Shown one piece after another: positions 8,595 through 16,743 of a stretch of 38,013 nt of DNA (position 1 is its first letter; every line of letters begins with the position of its first letter). The notes under the pieces were generated by a model. That model was given only the letters and a program-made list of their open reading frames with translations, was not told the origin of the DNA and made no database searches. The translations under genes and the position numbers were made by a program. The stretch lies in IMG/VR virus record IMGVR_UViG_3300038675_000651, positions 1 through 38,013 of that record, one strand, 5' to 3'. This DNA comes from a virus (Duplodnaviria > Caudoviricetes).

Positions 8595-9226
8595 TTACAG
8601 AAAATCAATACATACAATTAATTAAATATTTGCAAAGATTAGAAGAGCATATTGTTAACTTAATTATACCGATTAATTCAATAACAAATGATGCTGATTT
8701 AAAAGAATTAACACAACTATTAAAAAAACCAATACAAATTAATAATTTAGAATTAATTCATGAACTTAAATGTTACATTAATTCTTTAAATAATGATTTA
8801 AAAAACCCTATTTTTAAAGATATTAGCCAAGCATTAAATGAAATAGCTTATACAAATAACAGGCTTTTAAAAATTGAAGAAGCTTTAGTTAGACTTGAAA
8901 AATCAGGTTTAAAAAATAATCACACTATCGAAGTATTTATTGATGGCAAACCTACAAATGAAGAAGCTGTTAAAAGTCAAAATATAGACGTAAACACAAA
9001 TAAAATTTTAGATTTTTTAAATGCAATTGATAAATCTATTATTTTACAACATCACGGTTTGCTTGGGTATAAACCTCAACCTTTAAGTGCGCTTGCAACA
9101 AAATTTGAATTAAGCAAAGAAACCATTAGAAGAAGGTATTATCGCGCTATAAAAACGTTGCGCAAACTTAAAAAAACGGAATTTAAAAATATACAATTGG
9201 AATCCAGTATCGATCAATTACTCTAA
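8591..9226 (+). CDS. Coiled-coil protein with a C-terminal sigma70 region-4-like HTH
   Basis: IILQHHGLLGYKPQPLSALATKFELSKETIRRRYYRAIKTLRK resembles sigma region 4; the gene is visibly more AT-rich than its flanks. Confidence 0.6.
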   Translation: MITENQYIQLIKYLQRLEEHIVNLIIPINSITNDADLKELTQLLKKPIQINNLELIHELKCYINSLNNDLKNPIFKDISQALNEIAYTNNRLLKIEEALVRLEKSGLKNNHTIEVFIDGKPTNEEAVKSQNIDVNTNKILDFLNAIDKSIILQHHGLLGYKPQPLSALATKFELSKETIRRRYYRAIKTLRKLKKTEFKNIQLESSIDQLL

Positions 9227-9283
9227 TCATTTGTCACATTAAAATATTTTTTGTATGGTAAGCCTTTCTTTAAGAGGTAAAGC

Positions 9284-11392
9284 TTGGGACTATATACCCC
9301 TACATGGGACAATCAGGGCGAACCTAGCCAAGGTAACGTAAGACAATGGCTTGACGGACTTTATTCAAAATTCATGCCGATTGAACAAAGTAGATGGCGT
9401 GAAGCTAACATCGATTCGCTTTTTTATGCCGGATCTCAATCTTTTGTAAATCGATACTTTTATTTTGCCCCTACCCCTTCTTTTCAGCAGTACTATTTTA
9501 ACTTAATACAGCAGCCTGTAAACCTTGTGACGGGGTACGAGCGTCAAAACCTAAAAGGCTACTTGTATCAAGCTTTTGAAGGGGGAGACAATCAAACTTG
9601 CGACCAAGCAACAAAATTAATCACCCATTGCGCAAACGTAGGAAACATTTTTCAACAGCGTTCAAAAGCTAAAGAGCTTTCCTGCGTATCAGGCATGGTT
9701 TTAGCGCAGCCTTATCTTGATTTTTCAGGTAATGATCCAAGTCAAGGGGAGCTCAAAGTAAAAATTTGGGAGTATAACTCCTTCTTAATTGATCCTTACT
9801 TTAGAAACCCAGACATGTCAGATTGTCAGTTTGTATGGTGTCAGGAATATGTTTCTAAAAAAGAAGCAATTGCCCGATTTGGTGAAAAAGTCACAAATAT
9901 TGCCCCTATGATGGGTTCTCCGCAAAGATATGGTAATTTTTACTTTCTGCCTGAAAATTACAACATGGCGCGAAATGATCTCCTTGTTTTGTCATACGTC
10001 TGGTATAAATCACGCGCAAAAAAGAAAAAGCTTTATTCACAAAAGTTAGATCTATTTTTTGACTACGCGCAGAACGATCCTGAAATGGAGCAAGCAATCT
10101 TTGAAATGACCGACATGCAGGTCGTCGAGGTCGATGCGCCTTGTTGGAAAGTATGCGTGGTTTTAAACGATCAGGTTATTCACCAAGGATTAAACCCTCT
10201 TGGCGATATTGAGTGCCCTTTTGTGCCCTATTACTGGAATTATGACCCTCATATAAGTGACCCAACGCTCAGAGTGAGATCACTCGTCAAACCCATGCGC
10301 GACCCGCAATTCTTATTTAATTACAAAGTCATTCAAAACAACGATATAGCAGCTGCAACAATCAATTCAGGCTGGAAACGCAAGCAAGGGGCGGTAGTAA
10401 ACGAAGACAATTTAAAGAAAACAGGTCAAGGGTGGGATATTATCATCCGCGACGGCTTTGAATTGACCGATTGCGAAAAGATTATTCCTTCTGCCGTGCC
10501 TGAAAGCGATCTTGCATTAGCTCAACAAATGGCAGACCTCATCTATAATACCTCGGGTATTAATATGGAAAACTGGGCGGGTCAAGCCGATAAGCAAATT
10601 AGCGCGCTTACCGCCTTCATGAAACAAGCGGCTAATCTGCTTGTTTTCCAAAAATATTTCGATCAATGGGATTATGCCGATAGGCTTCTTGGCGATAAAC
10701 TATTTAAAATTGTTCAAAACAAATGGAAAGCCGAAAAAATCCGACTAATTATTGGAGAAGAACCATCGCCGTTCTTTTTCTCAAAGATATTTTCTCGTTA
10801 TAAAGTTCTAGTCGAGCCGGCTGATTTAACCCCTATGCAGCAAAACTTGCAAGCGCAGCAGATGATGGAAATTAACGAACGATTTGGCCGTGAGGTTTTC
10901 CCGCCATCGATGATTATTCCTAAGCTTAATATCACAGGCAAGGGTGAAATTATTCCATTCTTGCAAGAGCAAGAGCAAAGGGCTGCTGCCGCGCAAAACG
11001 AAGCTATGAATATCGAACAAACGGTAGAAGAAGCAAAGCTGCGTAGACTGATGGCGGAAACGGCTGCGCTTATTGCATCCGCGAAAGAGCGAATGGGAAG
11101 AGCCGATAGTAACGTCGGCCTCCTAGAAGAACGCATATCTGAAATTAGCAAAAACAACTCATTAAGCACTAAAGCAAAACTTGAATCGCTTGAAAAGATG
11201 ATTGATGTCGTCTATCGCTATGGCGAACAAGATGCGGCGGAGGGTTTAATGAGTATCGAACAAATGAATATGCAAGAAGCAATGCGCGACGATCGAGAAA
11301 GAGAGCTTGCCAAAAAGAATTCAGACGCTAATAGATTTATGGCTCAAGTATTAGGCTCTTTTGATAGTCAGCAAAATAAAATGGCAATGTAA
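9284..11392 (+). CDS. Portal protein (P22-like)
   Basis: 702 aa, after terL; FYAGSQ, FNLIQQPVNLVTGYERQN, FLIDPY, PFVPY, SLVKPMRDPQ; Gln-rich C-terminal helix; TTG start with GAGG RBS. Confidence 0.88.
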   Translation: MGLYTPTWDNQGEPSQGNVRQWLDGLYSKFMPIEQSRWREANIDSLFYAGSQSFVNRYFYFAPTPSFQQYYFNLIQQPVNLVTGYERQNLKGYLYQAFEGGDNQTCDQATKLITHCANVGNIFQQRSKAKELSCVSGMVLAQPYLDFSGNDPSQGELKVKIWEYNSFLIDPYFRNPDMSDCQFVWCQEYVSKKEAIARFGEKVTNIAPMMGSPQRYGNFYFLPENYNMARNDLLVLSYVWYKSRAKKKKLYSQKLDLFFDYAQNDPEMEQAIFEMTDMQVVEVDAPCWKVCVVLNDQVIHQGLNPLGDIECPFVPYYWNYDPHISDPTLRVRSLVKPMRDPQFLFNYKVIQNNDIAAATINSGWKRKQGAVVNEDNLKKTGQGWDIIIRDGFELTDCEKIIPSAVPESDLALAQQMADLIYNTSGINMENWAGQADKQISALTAFMKQAANLLVFQKYFDQWDYADRLLGDKLFKIVQNKWKAEKIRLIIGEEPSPFFFSKIFSRYKVLVEPADLTPMQQNLQAQQMMEINERFGREVFPPSMIIPKLNITGKGEIIPFLQEQEQRAAAAQNEAMNIEQTVEEAKLRRLMAETAALIASAKERMGRADSNVGLLEERISEISKNNSLSTKAKLESLEKMIDVVYRYGEQDAAEGLMSIEQMNMQEAMRDDRERELAKKNSDANRFMAQVLGSFDSQQNKMAM

Positions 11393-11459
11393 CTATTAAA
11401 AATATTATTAACAAGTTATAAACGTGGTAAGCCTAAGCAGGCTTCAACAAGGGTAAATT

Positions 11460-11717
11460 ATGAAAATGGCAAATAGTCAAAAAAAAGGCTCGGGAATGTC
11501 TGCGGGCCGTAGAATTGACGATCATAGCTTTTGGGCAGGAAAAGGAGATAAGCACTCTATTATGCCTAAAGGAGTGCATGTTAGAGAGTTTCCATCGGCA
11601 GGTTCTGCTGGCGATATTAATCGCTACGATGACACCTCGGAAAATATTAAACAAACTCAAGAGGAAGCTAAATCCAGAGTGAAAGGGCATCCTCAAAAGC
11701 CTATGTATCGTAACTAA
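11460..11717 (+). CDS. Small basic protein in the head module
   Basis: Co-oriented ORF after the portal gene. Confidence 0.65.
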   Translation: MKMANSQKKGSGMSAGRRIDDHSFWAGKGDKHSIMPKGVHVREFPSAGSAGDINRYDDTSENIKQTQEEAKSRVKGHPQKPMYRN

Positions 11718-11730
11718 ATAAACTTGCTTT

Positions 11731-11756
11731 AGGGGTAGCGCGCATGCGGAACCCCT
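11731..11756 (+). other. Intergenic stem-loop
   Basis: AGGGGT-AG-CGC-GCAT-GCG-GA-ACCCCT. Confidence 0.5.
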
Positions 11757-11766
11757 TTAGGAAAAT

Positions 11767-11934
11767 ATGAAAGATAATTTTATGTATCCGAAAGCCATAA
11801 ATAAAGGCTCAAAAAATAACTGGGGTTTTATTGATTTGCCCTACGATCAACGCTCAGGCATTTTCGTGAACGCAGGCGTTAATTACGGAGTAGGCAAGCC
11901 ACAGCCGAAAGGTCACAAGAATGAAAAAAAGTAG
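11767..11934 (+). CDS. Small protein, 55 aa (not in ORF track)
   Basis: AGGA RBS; MKDNFMYPKAINKGSKNNWGFIDLPYDQRSGIFVNAGVNYGVGKPQPKGHKNEKK*. Confidence 0.6.
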   Translation: MKDNFMYPKAINKGSKNNWGFIDLPYDQRSGIFVNAGVNYGVGKPQPKGHKNEKK

Positions 11935-12088
11935 CCCTTTTGGAAAGATGGCGCATACTACAAGCGGACAAGTTAACATGGGCGATTATCACGGCTCGGG
12001 GCTAAAAAATAAGATGGCAAAAACCGTGCAAGACAACATGAACCCTATAAAAAAGCCGCTTAAAAACAGCAAAATCACTCTAGCTTAA
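11921..12088 (+). CDS. Small basic protein, 55 aa (not in ORF track)
   Basis: MKKSSPFGKMAHTTSGQVNMGDYHGSGLKNKMAK...ITLA*; overlaps the upstream stop. Confidence 0.55.
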   Translation: MKKSSPFGKMAHTTSGQVNMGDYHGSGLKNKMAKTVQDNMNPIKKPLKNSKITLA

Positions 12089-12590
12089 TAATTTTTTTGT
12101 TTTGCAAGGATTGTTCATGCTCTAGCAGCACTTTTTTAAAGATGTTCTGTCCTTGTTCTTCGGACATATCGTCAGGGTGTGGCATCGATAGATCTTTTTT
12201 CATGTAACGATATTGATTGATTGACCATTCAATCGTTTCATCGTAACTAATCTTACCTTTTGCATACTGATCCCAAAGTTCTCGCGGGGGGATAATCCAG
12301 CAAATTTCAATAATATCGGTTTTTGATTGCGCCCTAAAAAGGTAAGAATTTGTTTGCGGCGTAGGACGGCTTAGCCTTGGCTGCCAATAAAGTACTTTTG
12401 TATAACCGTCATCGCCCGTTCTCGCATGACCAAAAATGTATAGATAAGGCGATTTTTCTTGTATGGCAAGTGATAATGGGTTTTTCTTTAAACAGTCCTC
12501 AGCCCCTTGAAAAACATTAACTGATTGCTCTTTTTTAACATGCAACAGTCGATCGTGCGCTTCAAAACGATTTAAATTTAATATTTTCAC
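12075..12590 (-). CDS. Hypothetical protein, antisense within the head module
   Basis: 171-aa ORF with globular composition and no competing + strand ORF. Confidence 0.7.
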   Translation of the reverse strand: MKILNLNRFEAHDRLLHVKKEQSVNVFQGAEDCLKKNPLSLAIQEKSPYLYIFGHARTGDDGYTKVLYWQPRLSRPTPQTNSYLFRAQSKTDIIEICWIIPPRELWDQYAKGKISYDETIEWSINQYRYMKKDLSMPHPDDMSEEQGQNIFKKVLLEHEQSLQNKKIIKLE

Positions 12591-12654
12591 ACTTTAGCCT
12601 ATAAATATATTTATAATTTTATATTATTTTGAAAAAAATGTTCATAAGGACATC

Positions 12655-13305
12655 ATGACGGTTCCCACTCAAGAAAATCAAGAACAACCTAAGACAAACG
12701 ACAAAGAAATAAACTTTCGTTTGCTTGAACAGAAATATCAAAGAGAACTTGAAAAAGAACGGCAAGCGCGCTTAGAGCTTGAAAGAAAAATAGAGGCGCA
12801 AAAAAAAGCCCCGCCTATTGAAGAAGAAGATGACGATGAGCCGTATGTTGATCGTAAAAAGCTGCAAAAGACACTAAATCGTTTTGGCGAACAAACCATG
12901 CAGCAGACGCAATCGGAAATTCAAAAGGCCGTGCATATGGCGCTTGTTGAAGAAAGAAGACAAAACTGGCTTAAACAAAACCCAGATTTTGCAAGCGTCA
13001 TGCAACACGCCGATAAACTATATCAAGTCGATCCCGAACTTGCCGAAACCATTTTAGAAATGCCTGAAGGTTTTGAAAGACAAAAGTTAGTGTATAAAAA
13101 CATAAAAGCTTTAAAACTACACGAACCGCCACGTAAAGAAGAGCCTGCTATTCAAAAGAAAATCATGGCTAATCAATCGCCCGGATATTATCAGCCTTCA
13201 AATGTTGGAAGCGCTCCTATGACGCATACAGGGGACTTCAGCCCAGCAGGTCAAAAAGCAGCATTTGAAAAACTGCAAGAACTTAAGAAAAGGATGCGTT
13301 TGTAA
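12655..13305 (+). CDS. Putative capsid scaffolding protein
   Basis: Charged coiled-coil protein between portal and capsid; AAGGA RBS; basic C-terminal helix. Confidence 0.7.
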   Translation: MTVPTQENQEQPKTNDKEINFRLLEQKYQRELEKERQARLELERKIEAQKKAPPIEEEDDDEPYVDRKKLQKTLNRFGEQTMQQTQSEIQKAVHMALVEERRQNWLKQNPDFASVMQHADKLYQVDPELAETILEMPEGFERQKLVYKNIKALKLHEPPRKEEPAIQKKIMANQSPGYYQPSNVGSAPMTHTGDFSPAGQKAAFEKLQELKKRMRL

Positions 13306-13310
13306 TAAAA

Positions 13311-13334
13311 AAAAGCGGCTGTAAAGCCGCTTTT
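13311..13334. terminator. Bidirectional intrinsic terminator
   Basis: AAAAGCGGCT-GTAA-AGCCGCTTTT between the convergent scaffold and DUF29 genes. Confidence 0.8.
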
Positions 13335-13360
13335 GTCGTCAGGAGAATGGATTTTCAACT

Positions 13361-13843
13361 TTAAAAATGAACGTGTTTTTTAATTTCTTCGGGGCATTCC
13401 GCCGGGAATGTTTTTAGTTCGAGCTTGGTTTCCTCCGCTGCCTGTTTACGTGCGTAAGGATAAGCCTCTTCCAATAGGGAGGGGATCTGTTTCTTTAGGC
13501 TCGGACTATCTTTCAATAAGAGCTCAATTTGAAACGTAGCGTTTCTTATTGAGTGATCCCAAGACTTCGTGGCCTTGGAGGCCTGATATTCTTTTTTAAG
13601 GAGGTGTTGAAGCAAGATGATTAAGTGGCTCAATAACGCTCGTTTGTCGGACTTGCCCAAAGATTCGATCTCCTCAATCAAATTTTTTATATCTAGCTTG
13701 CTAAGCTCGCCGCTTTTTAAAAGCTTAGCCTGTTTCTTAGTCCATAGAAAAAAATCATCGTCATAGCCTTTTTCAAGCTTATTCGGTGCTGATACGCTTA
13801 GTTTTTGCGATCTTGTCTTAACGGTCTTTTTTGTGTTTTTCAT
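13361..13843 (-). CDS. DUF29-family protein
   Basis: YDDDFFLWTKKQAKLLK...LDIKNLIEEIESLGKSDKRALLSHLIILLQHLLK...SW...SPSLK...FPAECP. Confidence 0.92.
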   Translation of the reverse strand: MKNTKKTVKTRSQKLSVSAPNKLEKGYDDDFFLWTKKQAKLLKSGELSKLDIKNLIEEIESLGKSDKRALLSHLIILLQHLLKKEYQASKATKSWDHSIRNATFQIELLLKDSPSLKKQIPSLLEEAYPYARKQAAEETKLELKTFPAECPEEIKKHVHF

Positions 13844-13969
13844 AGAAATTCCAACTCTATGTTATCCAAGTTTCTTTTTTCAAAGAATCCGATATTTTTT
13901 TTAAATTTCCTTCGAGTTTCAGTCGAAGAGTTTCAGGGGTATGACAACGTAAAGCCGCTTTACAAAGAA

Positions 13970-14041
13970 CTCCAGAAGCAGGGATCGAACCTGCGGCCAA
14001 CGCGTTAACAGTGCGCTGCTCTACCACTGAGCTATTCCGGA
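13970..14041 (-). tRNA. tRNA-Asn(GTT), CCA not encoded
   Basis: Minus strand TCCGGAA-TA-GCTC-AGTGGTA-GAGC-A-GCGCA-CTGTTAA-CGCGT-TGGCC-GCAGG-TTCGATC-CCTGC-TTCTGGA-G forms a full cloverleaf with one A-C mismatch in the anticodon stem. Confidence 0.92.
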
Positions 14042-14758
14042 ATGAGTTTTTCTATTTCTTTTTGAAGGCAACGGTAAGGCTAAAAGATTATATTCAAAAT
14101 CAGACATTCCTTTCTTTATTTTTTTAATAATTTCTATATTTTGAATTACCCAGTTTAGATCTTTTTTTCTAACCCAATACATAAATTTATTACGGCTTAT
14201 GTTTAGTTTTTTTGCCCATTGTGTTTCAGATAAAGTTTCATTTTGATAAGTATAATAAATATTTTTACTTGTGTTGTTGCAATTCTTTTCTTTTGCAACC
14301 CAGCGACAATTTTCTTTAAAGTAGCCTTTGTTATTGTCGATACGATCTATTGAATACCCTTTAGGTCTTATACCCATATCAGATACAAATTTTTCAAAAT
14401 TAGATTCCCATTGAGGGCATATTTTAATGCCTCTTCCACCATAACGGTGATAGTTTTTTACATTAGGATTATTACAACGTTGTTTAATACTGCACCAAAT
14501 ATAGTGCATATAAAACTGTGGGTGAGACCTACTTGAATATCCGTGTTTAAAAGCGGGATTGTTTTTTCCTGATGTATGCGATTTTCTTGCGCACGATCTG
14601 CATTTAGTTGATTTACCACGCAATAAGATACTGCGCTCAACTTTTGACAAATTTCCGCATTTACATTTTACCTCATACCAATGACGTATTGTATTTAACT
14701 TTCCTAAATAAGAAATTACAGTCCAATCATTAAATTTTTTATTTACAAAATCTTGCAT
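14021..14758 (-). CDS. HNH-type homing endonuclease
   Basis: CKCGN, KHG, YIWCSIKQRCNNPN..YHRYGGRGIKICPQW, SIDRIDNNKGYFKENCRW. Confidence 0.9.
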   Translation of the reverse strand: MQDFVNKKFNDWTVISYLGKLNTIRHWYEVKCKCGNLSKVERSILLRGKSTKCRSCARKSHTSGKNNPAFKHGYSSRSHPQFYMHYIWCSIKQRCNNPNVKNYHRYGGRGIKICPQWESNFEKFVSDMGIRPKGYSIDRIDNNKGYFKENCRWVAKEKNCNNTSKNIYYTYQNETLSETQWAKKLNISRNKFMYWVRKKDLNWVIQNIEIIKKIKKGMSDFEYNLLALPLPSKRNRKTHSGIAQW

Positions 14759-14780
14759 AAAATCTTATCGATGTTAAAAT
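14753..14780 (+). promoter_or_regulatory. Candidate sigma70-type promoter for the capsid gene
   Basis: TTGCAT (14753-14758), 16-nt spacer, extended -10 TG-T-TAAAAT (hexamer 14775-14780). Confidence 0.5.
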
Positions 14781-14787
14781 AAAATTT

Positions 14788-14911
14788 CGTCATCCCTACG
14801 TTATGGGAATCGTTTTTGCAACGTAAATGCAAGTCGCGTAACGAAAGGCTCGCAACTTTCACGGTATTGCTGAACACCGACGTATTAGGTATCGTCTACC
14901 GATCAGAATAC
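14788..14911 (+). ncRNA. Candidate structured 5' leader of the capsid mRNA
   Basis: Stems TCCC/GGGA, TTGCA/TGCAA, GAAAG/CTTTC, GTATT.CTGA/TCAG.AATAC, plus recurrent CGT/ACG, GCG/CGC and GACG/CGTC cross-pairings. Confidence 0.5.
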
Positions 14912-14943
14912 TAACAATAACATAATAACCACAACAAGGTTTT

Positions 14944-15309
14944 ATGTCCATTACTACGACAGGCAATTTAGGGCCTCTGATCCTTCAGTCCCTAGCTCCT
15001 GCGATGCTTTACACTCCAACCCCGACGTTTAACTACATCACGGTTGCGGACAAAGTATCCATGCCAGCTAATGGCGGAACTACATGCAGATTCATGCGTC
15101 CGAGAGCCTTAACACCTCCGACTGTGCAACTTGGAAATCAGGGTATTGATCCCCCAGCCCAAGTGCCTCAGAGAGATATCATAGACGCTCAAATGGCGTT
15201 TTATGGCACTGGGTGTATAATTAACTACCAGGTGATTTTACAAGACCAAGAAGGCGTTTTAGCATGGGTGTCAGAGCGTTTAGCGGTCGCAATGCGCCAA
15301 GCCGAGGAT
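14944..15309 (+). CDS. Major capsid protein (N4-gp56-like), exon 1
   Basis: MPANGGTTCRFMR...AQMAFYG pattern; the frame is cut by TAA at the first intron base. Confidence 0.88.
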
Positions 15310-15392
15310 TAAAATTAAGTCCTCGATAAATTTAACCTGATTGACTTGGAAACCCTTACTGAAAAATCAGAAGGGCAACAAGGGCCAAGGGT

Positions 15393-15923
15393 TTAATTAG
15401 GAGAAAAATGTTCGAATTCAGCTTTAAGAAAACCTTTAGCGTTGAGTCTACACATTTCGACTCTAATATCTTCGCGTATAGCGATTATCTTAGGGTCCAA
15501 TGGCGTGTGTGCTCCACAGCCTTTTTGGTTTTCATAGGTTTTTCTAAATTCGATAATCAATTCCGCCTGTCTTTTTTTAAGAACAAGATAAGGAAGAATT
15601 TGAGTACAAATATCGACCAAACGATGACCTTGAACTACCCACTCATAAATCCAACGATCATGAGTAGAGTTTTTCTTAAATATGGATCGACGATGTTTTT
15701 TAGACTTGTTAAGATTACCAAAATGGTTTTCAATCCAGTCAAAAAGCTCTTTTTTAGTGTTGGAAATATTGAGCACGGAACGAAAGTTGGGATTTTGATA
15801 TCGGTTATACTTGGCAGGATTAACACGATAAATACAAAAAGAACCTTCACCGTCAACAATTCCAGCAAGATATGCAAGTTTGAGAGGATCGTAAATAATT
15901 TTCTCATAGGGAATAACAGGCAT
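15393..15923 (-). CDS. Single-motif LAGLIDADG homing endonuclease, intron-encoded and antisense
   Basis: LAYLAGIVDGEGSF motif, LNISNT, ILPYLVLKKRQAELIIEF; RBS AAGGAAG. Confidence 0.93.
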   Translation of the reverse strand: MPVIPYEKIIYDPLKLAYLAGIVDGEGSFCIYRVNPAKYNRYQNPNFRSVLNISNTKKELFDWIENHFGNLNKSKKHRRSIFKKNSTHDRWIYEWVVQGHRLVDICTQILPYLVLKKRQAELIIEFRKTYENQKGCGAHTPLDPKIIAIREDIRVEMCRLNAKGFLKAEFEHFSPN

Positions 15924-15959
15924 TTACAACTTCCTTTTTAAGTGTGTAGCTGCTTGTAT

Positions 15960-15988
15960 ATTGTTGCATAATCCTAAGTAAATGTCTA
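15960..15988 (-). promoter_or_regulatory. Candidate intron-internal promoter for the LAGLIDADG gene
   Basis: Minus strand TAGACA, 17-nt spacer ending TGC, then AACAAT. Confidence 0.4.
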
Positions 15989-16124
15989 GGCTGAACGACT
16001 TAGCGGTTAAACTCTAGAAATAGAGATGCGAAAGTCTGAACCGTGACTATATATAAAATCACGGAGGGAGATTCGAAGAAATTTCCCCGCCTGTTGTTTA
16101 ACAGGTCATAAAAGTAACAGAATG

Positions 16125-16742
16125 CTAATTTTAAGAGACTTTATCGTCTCTGCCGCTTCGCAGATTAATGCTGGCGGGGGCCAAAATAATTTTAACCCGA
16201 CGAACTTGGGTGCGTCAGATTTTAGCTTAGTTGCGACTACGCTAGACACCAACAACGCGCAAAAGTTTATGTCAGGGGTACTTGGCGAGGATCGCTTCGG
16301 ATCAGCTCCGCTGAGATCGGCTTATTTTATGTTAAGTTCGACTGAACTTCAGTCAGACTTTGACGCGTTAATTGGCCAAGGTTTTAGTAACGCATGGAAT
16401 TATCCATCTTCTTCGGCAAATCCATTGCCTTCGGAATATGGCGCTTGCTTCAACATCAGAATTTTAACCTCGTCGGAAGCGCCTGTCGCAAGAAATGCGG
16501 CAACAAATCCAGCAGGTCAAACCTCTGATTTGTATTACAACACTGTTTTAGGTAGACAAGCTTTAATGCACATCAACCAAGACGGTGACTCAATGCAGCT
16601 TATCTACAGAGATCCTTATTACTCTGGGATGCTTGCACAGAATGCTACGTTAGCCGTTCGCTTCAGCCAAGCGCAAGCTTTGACTCAAGACACAGCTATC
16701 CGTAACTTGATGTCTACACGTCTAAGCAATTTGGGGGTGTAA
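16125..16742 (+). CDS. Major capsid protein, exon 2 (spliced product 327 aa)
   Basis: Junction reads ...AMRQAED|LILRDFIV...; GFSNAWNY, SEYGACFNIRILTSS. Confidence 0.88.
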   Translation, partial: LILRDFIVSAASQINAGGGQNNFNPTNLGASDFSLVATTLDTNNAQKFMSGVLGEDRFGSAPLRSAYFMLSSTELQSDFDALIGQGFSNAWNYPSSSANPLPSEYGACFNIRILTSSEAPVARNAATNPAGQTSDLYYNTVLGRQALMHINQDGDSMQLIYRDPYYSGMLAQNATLAVRFSQAQALTQDTAIRNLMSTRLSNLGV

Positions 16743-16743
16743 T

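Larger units (their letters stand above)
15310..16124 (+). mobile_element. Group I self-splicing intron, 815 nt
   Basis: P1 CGAGGAT/GTCCTCG with U-G at 15309; P10 TAAAATTA (15310-15317) with exon-2 TAATTTTA (16126-16133); P3 TTTAACC (15331-15337)/GGTTAAA (16005-16011); R-like GAACGACT and S-like GCGAAAGTCTG (P7); P8 CTCTA/TAGAG; P9 CCGTGA/TCACGG; terminal G at 16124; splicing restores the frame. Confidence 0.92.

Noticed and set aside
3465-13339. 13-bp match CCGCTTTTGTCGT shared by the 58-bp palindrome (3465) and the terminator flank (13327)
   Set aside because: Some 13-mer pair matches are expected by chance in 38 kb, and there is no further shared context.
13970-14041. tRNA as an attP/attB site
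   Set aside because: No integrase and no duplicated tRNA 3' fragment were found.
15408-15941. 177-aa plus-strand ORF inside the intron
   Set aside because: Antisense shadow of the LAGLIDADG gene, with no recognisable motif.
14944-16742. Two separate capsid genes, or stop-codon readthrough at 15310
   Set aside because: The group I intron pairings explain the split, and the ATG at 16122 ends on the intron's terminal G.
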